Part shown: piece by piece, positions 13,539 to 26,049 of the stretch | Layout: each line of letters starts with the position of its first letter | Numbering within the stretch: position 1 is the first letter of the stretch | Origin: Octopus vulgaris | Taxonomy: Eukaryota | DNA length: 64,000 nucleotides | NCBI GenBank assembly: GCA_951406725.2 | Contig: OX597839.1 | Coordinates: 9,176,001-9,240,000 of the forward strand | Direction of reading: 5' to 3' | Notes under the pieces: generated by a model | What the model saw: the letters and a program-made list of their open reading frames with translations, nothing else | Database searches by the model: none | What the model was told of the DNA's origin: nothing | Program-made: the position numbers and the translations under genes

Positions 13539-13589
13539 GTTTCTGATGAGCTATATGAAATAGCAAAAGCATAGAGTGTTTGCTAAAAC
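13539..13589 (+). ncRNA. Type I hammerhead ribozyme motif, G12>A mutated (Penelope-like)
   Basis: GTTT-CTGATGA-GCTAT atgaa ATAGC-AAAA-GCA tagagtgtt TGC-TA-AAAC; helices I, II and III all pair; followed by AATAAA. Confidence 0.7.
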
Positions 13590-13599
13590 AATAAATAAA

Positions 13600-13970
13600 T
13601 CGTGGCACTCCATCCGTTACAACGACGAGGGTTCCAGTTGATCCGATCAATGGGACAGCCTGCTTGTGAAATTACCGTGCAAGTGGCTGAGCACTCAACA
13701 GACAGGTGTGCCCTTAATGTAGTTCTCGGAAAGATTCAGCGTGACACAGAGTATGACAAGGCTGTCCCTTTGAAATACAGGTACAACAAAAACAGGAAGA
13801 AACAGTGAGAGAAAGTTGTGGTGAAAGAGTACAGCAGGGTTCTCCACCACCCCCTTCCAGAGCCTCATGGAGCTTTAGGCATTTTCACTCAATAAACACT
13901 CACAACACACAGTCCAGGAATCGAAACCGCGAGTCCACTGCCCTTACCACTGGGCCACTGAGCCTCCACA
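13600..13970 (-). mobile_element. SINE family C with tail type 1
   Basis: Same head and tail as 49617-49981. Confidence 0.85.
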
Positions 13971-14100
13971 CACACACATGCATATATATATATATATATA
14001 TTGTATATTGTTATATTCTGGAATTGTCATTGTTTTTGTCAAATAAACAAATGCACTACTACAGATCTATTTTATTATTGTTCTTATTTTATGCCCTATG

Positions 14101-14137
14101 TCTGGAAATCTTTCGTCACACATTCTGTGACTTCTTC

Positions 14138-14138
<1 letters not shown>
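14101..14138 (-). ncRNA. 5'-truncated hammerhead motif abutting (TA)n
   Basis: Minus strand: (..)CGAAGA-A-GTCACA gaatg TGTGAC-GAAA-GATT-TC-CAGA; perfect 6-bp helix II; core start and helix I 5' arm replaced by the microsatellite. Confidence 0.5.
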
Positions 14139-14171
<33 letters not shown>

Positions 14172-14174
<3 letters not shown>

Positions 14175-14392
14175 AATATGAGAGAGAATCCACTATATGG
14201 ATGCTCTTACGCTAAAACTAGATCCGCAATGGTCTCAACAACTATATTTTTGTTATTTTTCTTTTGTCCTGCTCGCTTACATTCATAGTTGTGCTAAATT
14301 TTTCTTGAGAACAATTCTTAGTGGTTGAGACCATTGAGGATCTATTTTTAGCGTAAGAGCATCCATATAGTGGATTCTCTCTCATATTTGTG
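14172..14392. repeat. ~72-bp inverted repeat pair between (TA)n tracts
   Basis: 14172-14243 (ACAAATATGAGAGAGAATCCACTATATGGATGCTCTTACGCTAAAA...) is nearly the reverse complement of 14319-14392. Confidence 0.9.
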
Positions 14393-14491
14393 TCTTAATA
14401 TTTACTGAATCTCAGTTTTTTTATGCGCTAAACCACTGGTGTTAAATTGATGTTATTAAATTAATATCCAATTTTTTCACCCTTATTTTGA

Positions 14492-14522
<31 letters not shown>

Positions 14523-14526
14523 ATAG

Positions 14527-14990
14527 AACATGGAAGTGGACCTAGAGGAGAGACTGCAGTTTCCCCAGATGATCCAGAGAACCTTTATGTTAGATGTGGT
14601 TCTGTGGTCTGAAAAGAATAAGAAAGTTATCTTAATTGAGCTCGCAGCAGTCCTGCAGGAAGAGGGTCCTGCAGAAAGTGTGGGTTGTGATGAGGCCCAC
14701 GAACAGAAACACGCAGGCAGAAGGGATGGTAGGTAAGGCTTTTCCTAGTTGAGGTCAGTTGTAGGGGATTCCCTGCTCAGTCGGCATGGAGGAGATTACA
14801 GCCATTCGAACGAGAGGAAAGGAGTGAAGGGTGGAAGAAGCAGCTGAAAGAGCCTCTTGTTGGCTTTGGAGCAAGAGAGAGGAGTTCAACTGGAAACCAG
14901 GAGGAGATGAGGAGCAGTGACTAGACCACCTCTGCTGGACAACAGCAGGGTGTTGCAGTTCAGGGTTGAAACACCCAATGGCACTATGTT
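14527..14990 (+). mobile_element. Decayed HERO-clade non-LTR retrotransposon 3' end (REL endonuclease)
   Basis: MEVDLEERLQFPQ..DVVLWSEKNKKVILIEL..CDEAHEQK, then VEVSCRGFPAQSAW and EEAAERASCWLWSKRE; these are HERO-type motifs, broken by stops and frameshifts. Confidence 0.8.
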
Positions 14991-15793
14991 TGACAAGGCT
15001 GAGCCTTTTGAATTTCATTCAGGGCTTACTATGCTAGAGGACCCTGACACTATCCCAACACCCACCAACTGCACAGTGAGATTTAATCTCAAAACCCTGA
15101 GATTATGAAGCAATCATTTCTCAACCATTTGGCTATGCCTACACACCCCTTTCACTAAAGTAGAAATGTTGAAGTTGTGACTGTGTGGTAAGAAGCTTGC
15201 TTCCCAAACTCATGGGTCCAGGTTCGGTCCCACTGCATGCCACTTTGGGCAAGTGTTTTTTACTATAGATAAAAGATAAAAGGAACCTATCCATGGCTGC
15301 ATAACTTGCTAGAAATAGTAGCCAAAATATTTCTCAAACTGAAGTCTACAGTGTTAAAATGTTAAGGACACATTGACTAATAAAGTAGTTATACATAAAT
15401 TATATCTGAATTTAAAACTGGATGATCATGGCTGGAATGTCTTCGATCATAGTTCTGTTCATAGTTCTACATAGTTCGACAGTTGGTTCAGACTGCTGAT
15501 GCTTTTCACTTGCTATGACTTCTTCATATTACAGAAGGTTAAAGAAAGTTAGGGTTTATTTGCTAAAAAAACCTTGTTTCTGATTTAGGCACAAGGCCAG
15601 CAATTTGGAAAGGAGAGGGTTACTTGATTACAATTAACCCCAGTATTTGACTGGTACTTTAATTTATCAACTACAGAAAAATGGAAGCAAAGTTGACCTA
15701 ACCTGGTGAGATTTCAATTCAGAAACAAATACTGCAAGACATTGTTTCCAACGCTCAGACAATTCTGCCAGCTTGCTTTTTAAATATATATAT

Positions 15794-16197
15794 AGTGGCT
15801 GTGTGGTAAGTAGCTTGCCTACCAACCACATGGTTCCGGGTTCAGTTCCACTGCGTGGCACCTTCGGCAAGTGTCTTCTACTATAGCATCGGGCCGACCA
15901 AAGCCTTGTGAATGGATTTGGTAGACGGAAACTGAAAGAAACCCATCGTATATATGTATATATATGTGTGTGTGTTTGTGTGTGTCTGTGTTTGTCCCCC
16001 CCCCACATCGTTTGACAACCGATGCTGGTGTGTTTACGTCCCCGTAACTTAGCGGTTCGGCAAAAGAGGCCAATAGAATAAGTACTAGGCTTACAAAGAA
16101 TAAGTCCTAGGGGTCGATTTGCTCAACTAAAGGCGGTGCTCCAGCATGGCCGCAGTCAAATGACTGAAACATGTAAAAGAGTAAAAAAGAGTAAAGA

Positions 16198-16200
<3 letters not shown>
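15794..16200 (+). mobile_element. SINE family A
   Basis: Family A body and (GAGTAAA) tail. Confidence 0.9.
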
Positions 16201-16232
<32 letters not shown>

Positions 16233-16237
16233 TATAT

Positions 16238-16585
16238 AGGGTAAAAGGTAAAGACCCCTTTTGGTCATGAATGACTATGGGATTGCACCGAGAAAGTTCC
16301 TCTCCTAGGCACAACTCTGGACAAGATTGTTTATGGAAGACCAGGAGTCACTCATGCATACCAGCCCCCCCTCTCCACACCACAGGAAAGGAAAAGGTCA
16401 ATACAATACAGCTTGGCACCAGTAACATTGGAACTTGCTTCTACAGATGAGTGGACTGGAGCTATGTGAAAAAAATAAAGTGTGTTGCTCAAGAACACAA
16501 CACACAGCCCAGACCAGGAATTGAACTCACTATTTTATGATCATGAGTTTAATGCTCTAACTGCTGGGCCATGTGCCTTCAAACA
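16238..16585 (-). mobile_element. SINE family E (related copies at about 34065-34250, 52755-52950 and 54003-54330)
   Basis: tRNA-like head at the right end; shared core TGAAATAAAGTG(C/T)CTTGCTCAAGAACACAAC. Confidence 0.75.
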
Positions 16586-17142
16586 CACATAACATAAAAA
16601 AAACACATAACATTAAAAAAAAAGTTTCTATCCTATAAAACACAAACTGCAGATAAATGAAGTTTGGTAAAGGAATAAATAGATTTTTTATAGCCAAGAT
16701 ATGATAACTTGCCAGGATTTTCCATCCCACTCTCTTCCCGTTCCTGACCACCTCCTTACCAATCACCGTATATTGATATGTGTTTATAATATCAGTTTTC
16801 TGCTCCATCCCATCTCTCATCCTCATTAGCAAAAATAAATCACTTTTGCAGCTTGGGATTTATAGCAATTATTTCATAATTCTTTTATTCTTTTTACTGA
16901 TGCTAGTCATTGAACTGTGCTCATGTTGGTGTACAAACCTTCAAATGATTTTATATCAACTCAAATTCTAGTATACTCGATCGAAGTAATTTGTTAGGCA
17001 TGGCTGTGTGGTAAGAAACTTGCTTCCCAACCACATGGTTCTGAGTTCGGTCCCACTGTGTGGCACCTTGGGCAAGTGTCTATTACTATAGCCTCGAGCT
17101 GACCAAAGCCTGGTGAGTGAATTTGGTAGACGGAAACTGAAA

Positions 17143-17500
17143 GAAGGTGGCGAGCTGGCAGAAATGCTAGCACGCCAGGCGAAATGCTTAGCGGTATTTC
17201 GCTTGCCGTTATGTTCTGAGTTCAAATTCCGCCGAGGTCGACTTTGCCTTTCATCCTTTCGGGGTCGAAAAATTAAGTACCAGTTACGCACTGGGGTCGA
17301 TATAATCAACTTAATCCGTTTGTCTGTCCTTGTTTGTTCTCTCTGTGTTTAGCCCCTTGTGTGTAGTAAAGAAATAGGTATTTCATCTGTCGTTACGTTC
17401 TGAGTTCAAATTCTGCTGAGGTCGACTTTGCCTTTCATCCTTCCGGGGTCGATAAATTAAGTACCAGTTATGCACTGGGGTCGGTGTAATCGACTTAATC
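17143..17500 (+). mobile_element. SINE family B with tandem duplication, joined to the 5' half of family A (16995-17145)
   Basis: Junction GGAAACTGAAAGAAG-GTGGCGAGCTGGCAG, the same position as at 4743. Confidence 0.85.
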
Positions 17501-17608
17501 CATTTGAATAATGAAATAAGCACCAGTTGAGCCCTGGGATTGATGCATTTGATTTACCCCCTCCCCAAAATTGCTGGCCCCGTGCCAAAATTTGAAATCA
17601 TCATCATC

Positions 17609-17643
<35 letters not shown>

Positions 17644-19141
17644 CATTATTATTATTATCATTATTATTAAGGCGGTAAGCTGGCAGAATCATTAGCCCTC
17701 CAGGCAAAATGCTTAGCAGTATTTTGCCTGTCTTTATGCTCTGAGTTCAAATTCTGCCGAGATCAACTTTGCCTTTCATCCTTTCAAGGGTCAATAAATT
17801 AAGTACCAGTTGCGTACTGGGGTTGATCTAATCGACCGCACCCTACCCCATAATTTTAAGCTTTGTGCCTATAGTAGAAAGGATGGCACGTAAAAAGCAC
17901 CCACCACACTCATGGAGTGGTTGGCGTTAGGAAGGGCATCCAGCTGTAGAAACACTACCAGATCAGACTGGAGCCCGGGGCAGCCTTCTGGGTTCCCAGA
18001 TCCCGGTCAAACTGTCCAAGCCATGCTAGCATGGAAAACAGACGTTAAACGATGATGATGATTATTATTATTATTATTGGTGGTGGTGGTGGTTGTAGTA
18101 GTAGTAGTAGTAGTAGTAGTATTTTTATTGTTAAGGTGGCAAGCTGGCAGAATTGTTAGCATACCAGGCAAAATGCTTAGCAGCATTTCATCCAACTTTA
18201 TGCTCAGAGTTCAAATACCCCTGGGATCGACTTCCCCTTTCAGCCTTTCGGGGGAGGGGCGATCAAATAAGAACCAGTTGGGCTCTGGCGGTCGATGCAA
18301 TTGACTTTACTCCCTCCCTGAAATTGCTGGCCCTGTGCCAAAAATCTGAACTCAATGGCTACTCACACCATTATATTAACACCAATCATTTTCCCCGAGA
18401 GCATCGTACTGTACCAAAGGTAGCAGCACTTTGTTATGTAGATGAGATCATACTGCTGCACCTTCAATCTATAAAACTCACTGACACTAGGAATATATCT
18501 TTGGAACATTCCATTAATCATTTCGTCGATCAATAGAAATCTAAGCAACAGTCTTAACAGATTCGCCTTTGTTCCTGTCTCCCTACAGATCTATCACTGT
18601 CGCTAATGAATTGCATAGAGAGTGGGAGAAGGCAATTTATTTATGTTTTTTAACCACCAGCAAAGATATATTTCATGGAAGAGGTTTATCAAAATATAGA
18701 ATTGATCTATTGACTTCTAACATAAAAGCATCAAGAAAATGACCGACACTCATATGTGTATGTGTACATGAATGCTGAACTATGTGAAATGAATGAGACA
18801 AGAGTGCTCAATAAATGTGGTAGAGTATATGGTTTATTAAATACTGAATGTTTATCTTATGACTTGAGTTTCTTACCATTGCAATTTTTAGCAAGTGTTC
18901 TCATCAGCATATATCAAAGAAACACAAAACACATATCATGAGATAAACATTAAGTTCCAATGTGTGTGTGCCAGTGGCATGTAAAAGCACCCAGTACAAT
19001 CTTGGAGTTGTTGGTATTAGGAAGAGCATCCAGTTGTAGAAACTTTTAGATTGAGCCTGGTGCAGCCTTCTGGCTCACCAGTCCTCAGTCAAACCGTCCA
19101 ACCCATGCCAGCATGAGAAGCAGACATATAAACGACGATGT

Positions 19142-19190
<49 letters not shown>

Positions 19191-19191
19191 T

Positions 19192-19530
19192 ATAGGGCGT
19201 AGTGAATAAATTGTTGTCTAAATTACACAAAACTGAAAATAACTGACATGTCTTTTTAACAGATATATTTACCAAAATAAAAATATCTTGAAATACTAAG
19301 GAGTAAATTTATTCAAGAAAATCGCCATTGGCTTCAATCATAGCCTCCAGACGACTTCGGAATCTCATGCAAACCTTCTGGATGGTATCCTTGTTTAAGT
19401 TGGTGAATACTGCCATAATTCTTGCTGTCAGTTCATCTTTGGTGTTACAAGAATTTTGTTGATCTCTTGCTCAACTGCACCCCACACATAATAATCAAGG
19501 GGGTTGCAGTCTGGGGAGTTAGGTGGCCAG
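19192..19530 (-). mobile_element. Tc1/mariner-superfamily (probably DD37D/maT-type) transposon 3' end
   Basis: 19309-19529 minus, with frameshifts: WPPNSPDCNPLDY/VWGAVE...CNTKDELTARIMAVFTNLNKDTIQKVCMRFRSRLEAMIEANGDFLE*; candidate terminus TAGGGCGTAGTGAATAAATTG next to TA. Confidence 0.85.
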
Positions 19531-20910
19531 TTGTTGTTAGGGGCTATAGAAAAAAGACACTTGCCCAAGGTGCCTTGTAGTGCCTTGTAGTGAAACTGAA
19601 CTCAGAACCATGTGGTCAGGAAGAAAACTCCTTCCACACAGCCATGCCGGTGCCTATGAAACATTTTTTTTGCCTATTTCCTTAAGTACACAGATCCATG
19701 GTATATGGAAATGCAAAACACTAATAAACAGACAATGGAATGGCTTGTTGCACAGAAGTAGGTGGGGACAGATTGGCCTGGCATATATATGGCAGTCTGC
19801 TTTGACTGTGTTCCAAAATGTGATTGGCAAAGCAACAGCCTCTCTCTCCAACATAAAGTGCACAGCAAAGGTTAAAGGTGATATAATGTATGATCTTGGA
19901 AGATGTGTAACAGAAGATATGGGTAATGTTGTACTGTGGCTTAGGTACAGTGATGACTGTAGTGTTCTAGAGTAGTGGTTCTTAACTGGGGTCTGTATGA
20001 CCCTTGAAGGTTTTTGCAGGCAAAGTAGTAAATTGGGGGTCTACAGTAGTATTTTAAGGATCCGTGAAAAATGTTACTTTGGATGTATTTATTCCAAAAA
20101 AAAACAGCGAGTTTTCTTTCTCTAAAGTTTTACATAGTTCACCCTAAACAAGTAGATGTGTGGAAAGGTGCCACGCAGTGGGACTGAACCCGGAACCATG
20201 TGGTTGGTAAACAAGCTACTTACCACACAGCTACTCCTGTACAAATACATATAGAAACAAGTAAGCAGAAATCTAGTAGAGGCTTGCAAAGAAACCTGAA
20301 CCATCATTGAATTAACCACACCAAAAATGATAAATGATGCTGGCTAGTTCAGACCCCTATTAATAGCCACAGAGCTCGATTTGATTTATAACTTAGAACT
20401 GAGTGGCAGTAATTATATCCTTTTAAGTTAATAAACTGGCAGTAGCAGCAGCAACAGTTCTTATACAGTAAAGCCTCTGAGATTTTAGTACAGAAAACTA
20501 TTTCAATCTCTGCAGCTGCTACAATATAAAACAGAGCAATAATTTTTAATTTACTAGTTCATGGCTTGCTATATAGCATGAAGGAAATCTGTTTGTCTGG
20601 GCGACTTTTTTATTTATTTATTAAGGGTTTCTGAGATTCAAATGAGAAGAAATGGAGGAAGAACCCATAACTCGTGAGTTCCTGAAATAGAAGGATAATG
20701 AGTTATCTTCCGTTTAGAGACTTTGTCAAAATACTTGCAACATGATGTACTTCACCAAGGACAGTGAAAAGCCAGCTCAAGATTTTAGAACAGTGATTCT
20801 CGATCTTTTGTAAGTCTTTTTGTCTCCTTTTGTGGAATGCCCCTTTAAAAATGCCCCATTCCTTATGTTTTGCAAACAAAAATTTAAAAAATAACAACAA
20901 CAACAACAAC

Positions 20911-20986
<76 letters not shown>

Positions 20987-21365
20987 TCATCATCCTCATC
21001 ATCGTTTAACGTCCGCTTTCCATGCTAGCAATTGGTTGGACGGTTCAACTGGGGTCTGGGAAATCAGAAGGCTGCACCAGGTCCAGTCTGATCTGGCAGT
21101 GTTTCTACAGCTGGATGCCCTTCCTAACGCCAACCACTCCGTGAGTGTAGTGGGTGCTTTTTACGTGCCGTGAGCACAGGTGCCAGACGAGGCTGGCAAT
21201 GGCCACGAATGGATGGTGCTTTTTATGTACCACCGGCACAGAGGCCAGTCGGGGCGGCGCTAGCAACGGCCATGTTCGGATGGTTCTCCTACGTGCCACC
21301 GGCACTGGTATCACAACTACAATTTCCATTGATTTTGATCGATTTTGATTTCGATTTCACTTGCC

Positions 21366-21427
<62 letters not shown>

Positions 21428-21689
21428 GTAAACAAAAATAAAAATAGATAAAATAACAATAAAAATAAAAAATAATAAATAATAACGAGAGGTCTCAGAG
21501 AATGCAAACCTCCGCCAAGGCAACACCAATGTCCTCTCAACGATTAGCTGGAGAAGATTTTTAAAGTCTGAAATAAAACTCAGCCCGAAATATGAAATAA
21601 ACACGACTGCTCTCACAAACGAGAATACTAAAAATGAACCCAACTGCTCTCAAAAATTAAGTGAAAAAAAAAAAAACAGAAAAAAATCA

Positions 21690-21965
21690 AGAACTCTTGT
21701 CTGGTACCTGATCAATCTCAATAGTAGTCATGGAATGTGAAGGTGAGTGTGTGGGCTGTGTTTGTAATGCTGTGTTGTCTACAGTGGGAACAGGGACAGT
21801 TTTCTCTATGAAGGCCTTTTTTAGTCTATCCACTGAGATAGTGTCTTTACGACCATTAAGGTCTATAGTGAAAAATTTGTCTATGTGTGAAAGAAAATGG
21901 AAAGGACCTGCATACGGTGCTGTTAATGGAAGTTTAACAACATCGTTGCGCACAAAAACGTGAGT
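21690..21965 (-). mobile_element. Ty3/gypsy integrase C-terminal (GPY/F) fragment
   Basis: VFVRNDVVKLPLTAPYAGPFHFLSHIDKFFTIDLNGRKDTISVDRLKKAF is a typical GPY/F domain. Confidence 0.85.
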
Positions 21966-22307
21966 CTAAGAACAAAGCTTCCTTCAAGGCAGAGCTAGAA
22001 ATGCAATTGTCAAGTAGGTAAGAGGTTTTAAACAGGGGCGATATATTCAAAATTGGTAAAACTAAAAATTGTTGAGGATAAATTAAATTTATTACTGTAA
22101 CTGAATATGTTAGTGTAATTTAATTTCTGAACAGTTTTGCTGCCCAGTTTCTACTAAGATAGAACATGAGTAAAATTAATAATAGAGAAAGGATGGCCCA
22201 AGTCTGATAAATGAAACAAAAAGTAAAAGACAAAAAAGATAATCCAACATCTCCCGCAGCATCCCACATGAGTGAGCAACATACCCAAAAGGATACTACT
22301 ACCCAGG

Positions 22308-22787
22308 TTAACCCTTTCATTACTGTATTTATTTTGAGATGCTCTGTGTTTCTTTCAATTATTTTAAATATAACAAAGAATTTAGTAAATTGACTTCGTT
22401 ATCATTAAGCTAGTGTTAGGAACACAAATTTTAATTAAGATTTGGAGGAAGATTTGAATTCAAAACTTATGAAAACAAGACATTTGTACTACAGAACCAG
22501 AGGCGGTTTCAGTTGGGTTTGTATCAAAAGAGTTAAGAATTGTTTGTCTATTATATATTAACCCTTTTGTTACCATATTTATGTTGAGATGCTCTGTGTT
22601 TCTTTCAATTAATTTTAAATATAACAAAGAATTTAGTAAAATAACTTCGTTATCATTAAGCTAGTGTTAGGAACATAAATTGTGACTAAGGTTTGGTGGA
22701 AGATTTTAATTCAAAACTCATGAAAACAAGACATTTATACTAAAGAGCCAGCGCTGGTTTCAGCCGGGTTGGTAACGAAAGGGTTAA
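22308..22787 (+). mobile_element. Two adjacent ~228-bp piggyBac-like MITEs (subfamily 1)
   Basis: TTAA-CCCTTT...AAAG(A/G)G-TTAA at 22308-22536 and 22558-22787; a degenerate third copy lies at about 22945-23145. Confidence 0.85.
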
Positions 22788-23320
22788 GAACTACTGTGTT
22801 TAAACAAAGCAGTCAGTTAACTCTAGCACCCAACAACAGACACAATCCACCTGCCTGGCTTCCACTCAAAAAAACTTTAGTTGATCCAAGGCTTTGGCAG
22901 AAGACACTGGCCTCAGAACCACAGGGTTCCAAAGTGAACTTCTGAAAACCCATTTGTTACTATATTCTTGTCAGCATGCACCGAATTTGATTCAATTTAT
23001 TTTGAAAATAATGAAGAATTTCGCGTTTGGAACACGAATTAACATGAAATTTTAATGGAAAGTTTTCATCTTGATCACTTTAAAACAGATTTTGGTAACA
23101 TAGAGACATGGGCAGTTTAAGGTGGGTGAGTATCAAAAGAGTTAAACACCCAACCATGCCTACAGCCATAGATGAACATATATTGTCCCAAAACATTTGG
23201 ACATCAAAGCTAACAAATACAAAGCAAGCTCTTACTCCGGCAGACAATACACACCATGTGACTGGGAGCCACAAGGTAGATGCCCAAGCTTCCAGAAATA
23301 CTAATTAAATCATCTCAATA

Positions 23321-23487
23321 TAGGCGCAGGAGTGGCTGTGTGGTAAGTAGCTTGTTTACCAACCACATGGTTCCGGGTTCAGTCCCACTGCGTGGCACCT
23401 TGGTCGGGTGTCTTCTACTATAGCCTCGGGCCAACCAAAGCCTTGTGAGTGGATTTGGTAGATGAAAACTGAAAGAAGCCCGTCGTA

Positions 23488-23518
<31 letters not shown>

Positions 23519-23750
23519 GCATGTGTGTGTGTTTGTGTATCTGTGCTTGTCCCCCTAGCATTGCTTGACAACCGATGCTGGTGTGTTTATGTCCCTGTTA
23601 CTTCGCGGTTCGGCAAAAGAGACCAATAGAATAAGTACTGGGCTTACAAAAGAATAAGTCCCAGGGTCGAGTTGCTCGATTAAAGGTGATGCTCCAGCAT
23701 GGCCGCAGTCAAATGACTGAAACAAGTAAAAGAGTAAAAGAGTAAAGAGT
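23321..23750 (+). mobile_element. SINE family A (full length)
   Basis: GGCGCAGGAGTGGCTGTGTGGTAAG (A-box-like), GGTTCAGTCCC (B-box-like), internal microsatellite, tandem GAGTAAAA tail. Confidence 0.9.
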
Positions 23751-24931
23751 ATATCATCACATCACCACCACCACCATTATCATCATCATCATCTTAATTT
23801 AACGTCTATTTTCCATGTTGGCATGGGTTGGACAGTTTGACCAGAGCTACACCAGGCTCCAGCCTGATTTGACTTCGTTTCTACTGTTGGATGACAATGG
23901 TATAACAAAACTACAACTACAGAATCAAGTGTACATTTTATTTTTAAAATACTAGTATTTGGTTTGAGGGAGATTTGGTTACTATTTCCAGCAGGTCATG
24001 TGACTAGATAAGAGCTACACAATAGTGTAGCTCTTCATTTACCATGAAACAAACCAATATATTTCTTATAGCACAAGCCAATGGGTAAATGATGGTCAGG
24101 GTGCTGAGTTTCATGGGTAACAGGGAGGAGAATTGACTAGTTGCAGCTGAAATATCGTTGATCATAAGCCTGCTCAGTCAGGGTCGACTTAGGGCTAAAA
24201 AGAAAAAAAAACAACAACAGCAGCAACTAGTTGTTATCACACACAAAAAAAAAAAATTAATGAAACAAACAAACATACTCGCAAATTTACAGAGAAATGT
24301 TTTGTGCTGAGCTTTGGCAAATAGTTTGTCGACATTGACCATGAAATGAAAAGTATGCCAGCACACATAGAAGAATTATGCTGGCGTATAATTCAATAGC
24401 TTCCCACCCCTCAGATAAGCAGTTCAGTTGAAACAGATGTTGTAATAACAAGAACATCCATTACAGTTCGGTTGTGTGTTCAGAATTAGAACAAGATGTT
24501 GCAGGTATTTTTTAATGAACTATTAACATCTGTGGATGTTATCCATGTTAAACATATATGTATCTGTCACCGTCAATGCATGGCTTGAGAAGTTTGATAC
24601 GCAACCATGTGAATTCGAGGTTCAATTTCACTGCGGGATACATGCGAATTTATTCTTAGCTTCAGGTCAAGAAAAGCATCATGAATGAAATTTGGTAAAC
24701 AGAAACTGTGCAGAAACTGTGCAGAAATCTGTCATGAATAAATATGTGTGTATACACTCATCATTATTGTCATCCTTTAACATCTGTTTTTCATGCTGGC
24801 ATGGGTTAGAGGGTTTGATCAGAGAACAAGCAGGAGAACTGCACCAAGTTCCAGACTGGTTTGTCTTGGTTTCTTGGTTCCTTAGGATGCTTTTCCTAAG
24901 GCAACCAATTTACAGTGAGTGCTGGGTACTT

Positions 24932-25712
24932 GTAGCACCACATGAGCTCTTTTATGTGGAATCACATGAGCACTTTTATGTGGACCCACATGAGCTCTTT
25001 TATGTGACACCACACGAGCTCTTTTATGTGGCACCACATGAGCACTTTTATGTGGCACCACATGAGCACTTTTATGTGGCACCACATGAGCACTTTTATG
25101 TGACACCACACGAGCTCTTTTATGTGGCACCACATGAGCACTTTTATGTAGCACCACATGAGCACTTTTATGTGGACCCACATGAGCTCTTTTATGTGAC
25201 ACCACACGAGCTCTTTTATGTGGCACCACATGAGCACTTTTATGTGGCACCACATGAGCACTTTTATGTGGACCCACATGAGCTCTTTTATGTGGCACCA
25301 CACGAGCTCATTTATGTGACACCACACGAGCTCTTTTATGTGGCACCACATGAGCACTTTTATGTGGCACCACATGAGCACTTTTATGTGGACCCACATG
25401 AGCTCTTTTATGTGACACCACACGAGCTCTTTTATGTGGCACCACATGAGCACTTTTATGTGGCACCACATGAGCACTTTTATGTGGCACCACATGAGCA
25501 CTTTTATGTGGCACCACATGAGCACTTTTATGTGGACCCACATGAGCTCTTTTATGTGGCACCACACGAGCTCATTTATGTGACACCACATGAGCACTTT
25601 TATGTAGCACCACATGAGCTCTTTTATGTGGAATCACATGAGCACTTTTATGTGGCACTGCACAAGCACTTTTACGTGGCACCAGCATGAGTGCTTTTTA
25701 TGTGACACTAGC
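24932..25712. repeat. 24-bp minisatellite (about 32 units) expanded inside a family D/RTE 3' region
   Basis: Unit CATGAGCACTTTTATGTGGCACCA; family D sequence on the left (24755-24930); minus-strand RTE-like ERGKPRKMWGEMLKNDL at about 25805-25855. Confidence 0.9.
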
Positions 25713-26049
25713 ACACGACTCTTACAGGCCAACCCTCTTCATCAGGGGCTGGGTCCTTTCTCATCTCATCTGAAAGGTTTAATTTTTCAGATCATCCTTA
25801 AGCTGAGGTCATTCTTCAGCATTTCACCCCACATCTTCCTGGGTTTCCCTCTTTCATAGATACAAAATGTCAGTGTGGAAATATCTACTAAAAGAAATAT
25901 CTAAATTCTCTTCCACAAATGAAGCACAAGATGAAGAAATCTACTGGATAAAACTTAAGATTAATCAACAATGGACGTTCAGACAAACAAGAAGACCAAG
26001 TTATAAACCATTACAGACACAAATACACATTAAATATATAAGTCACTAT

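Noticed and set aside
15667-16073. Recurrent ORFs such as RASFSFRLPNPLTRLWSARGYSRRHLPKVP
   Set aside because: Antisense translations of SINE A found at every copy, not a gene family.
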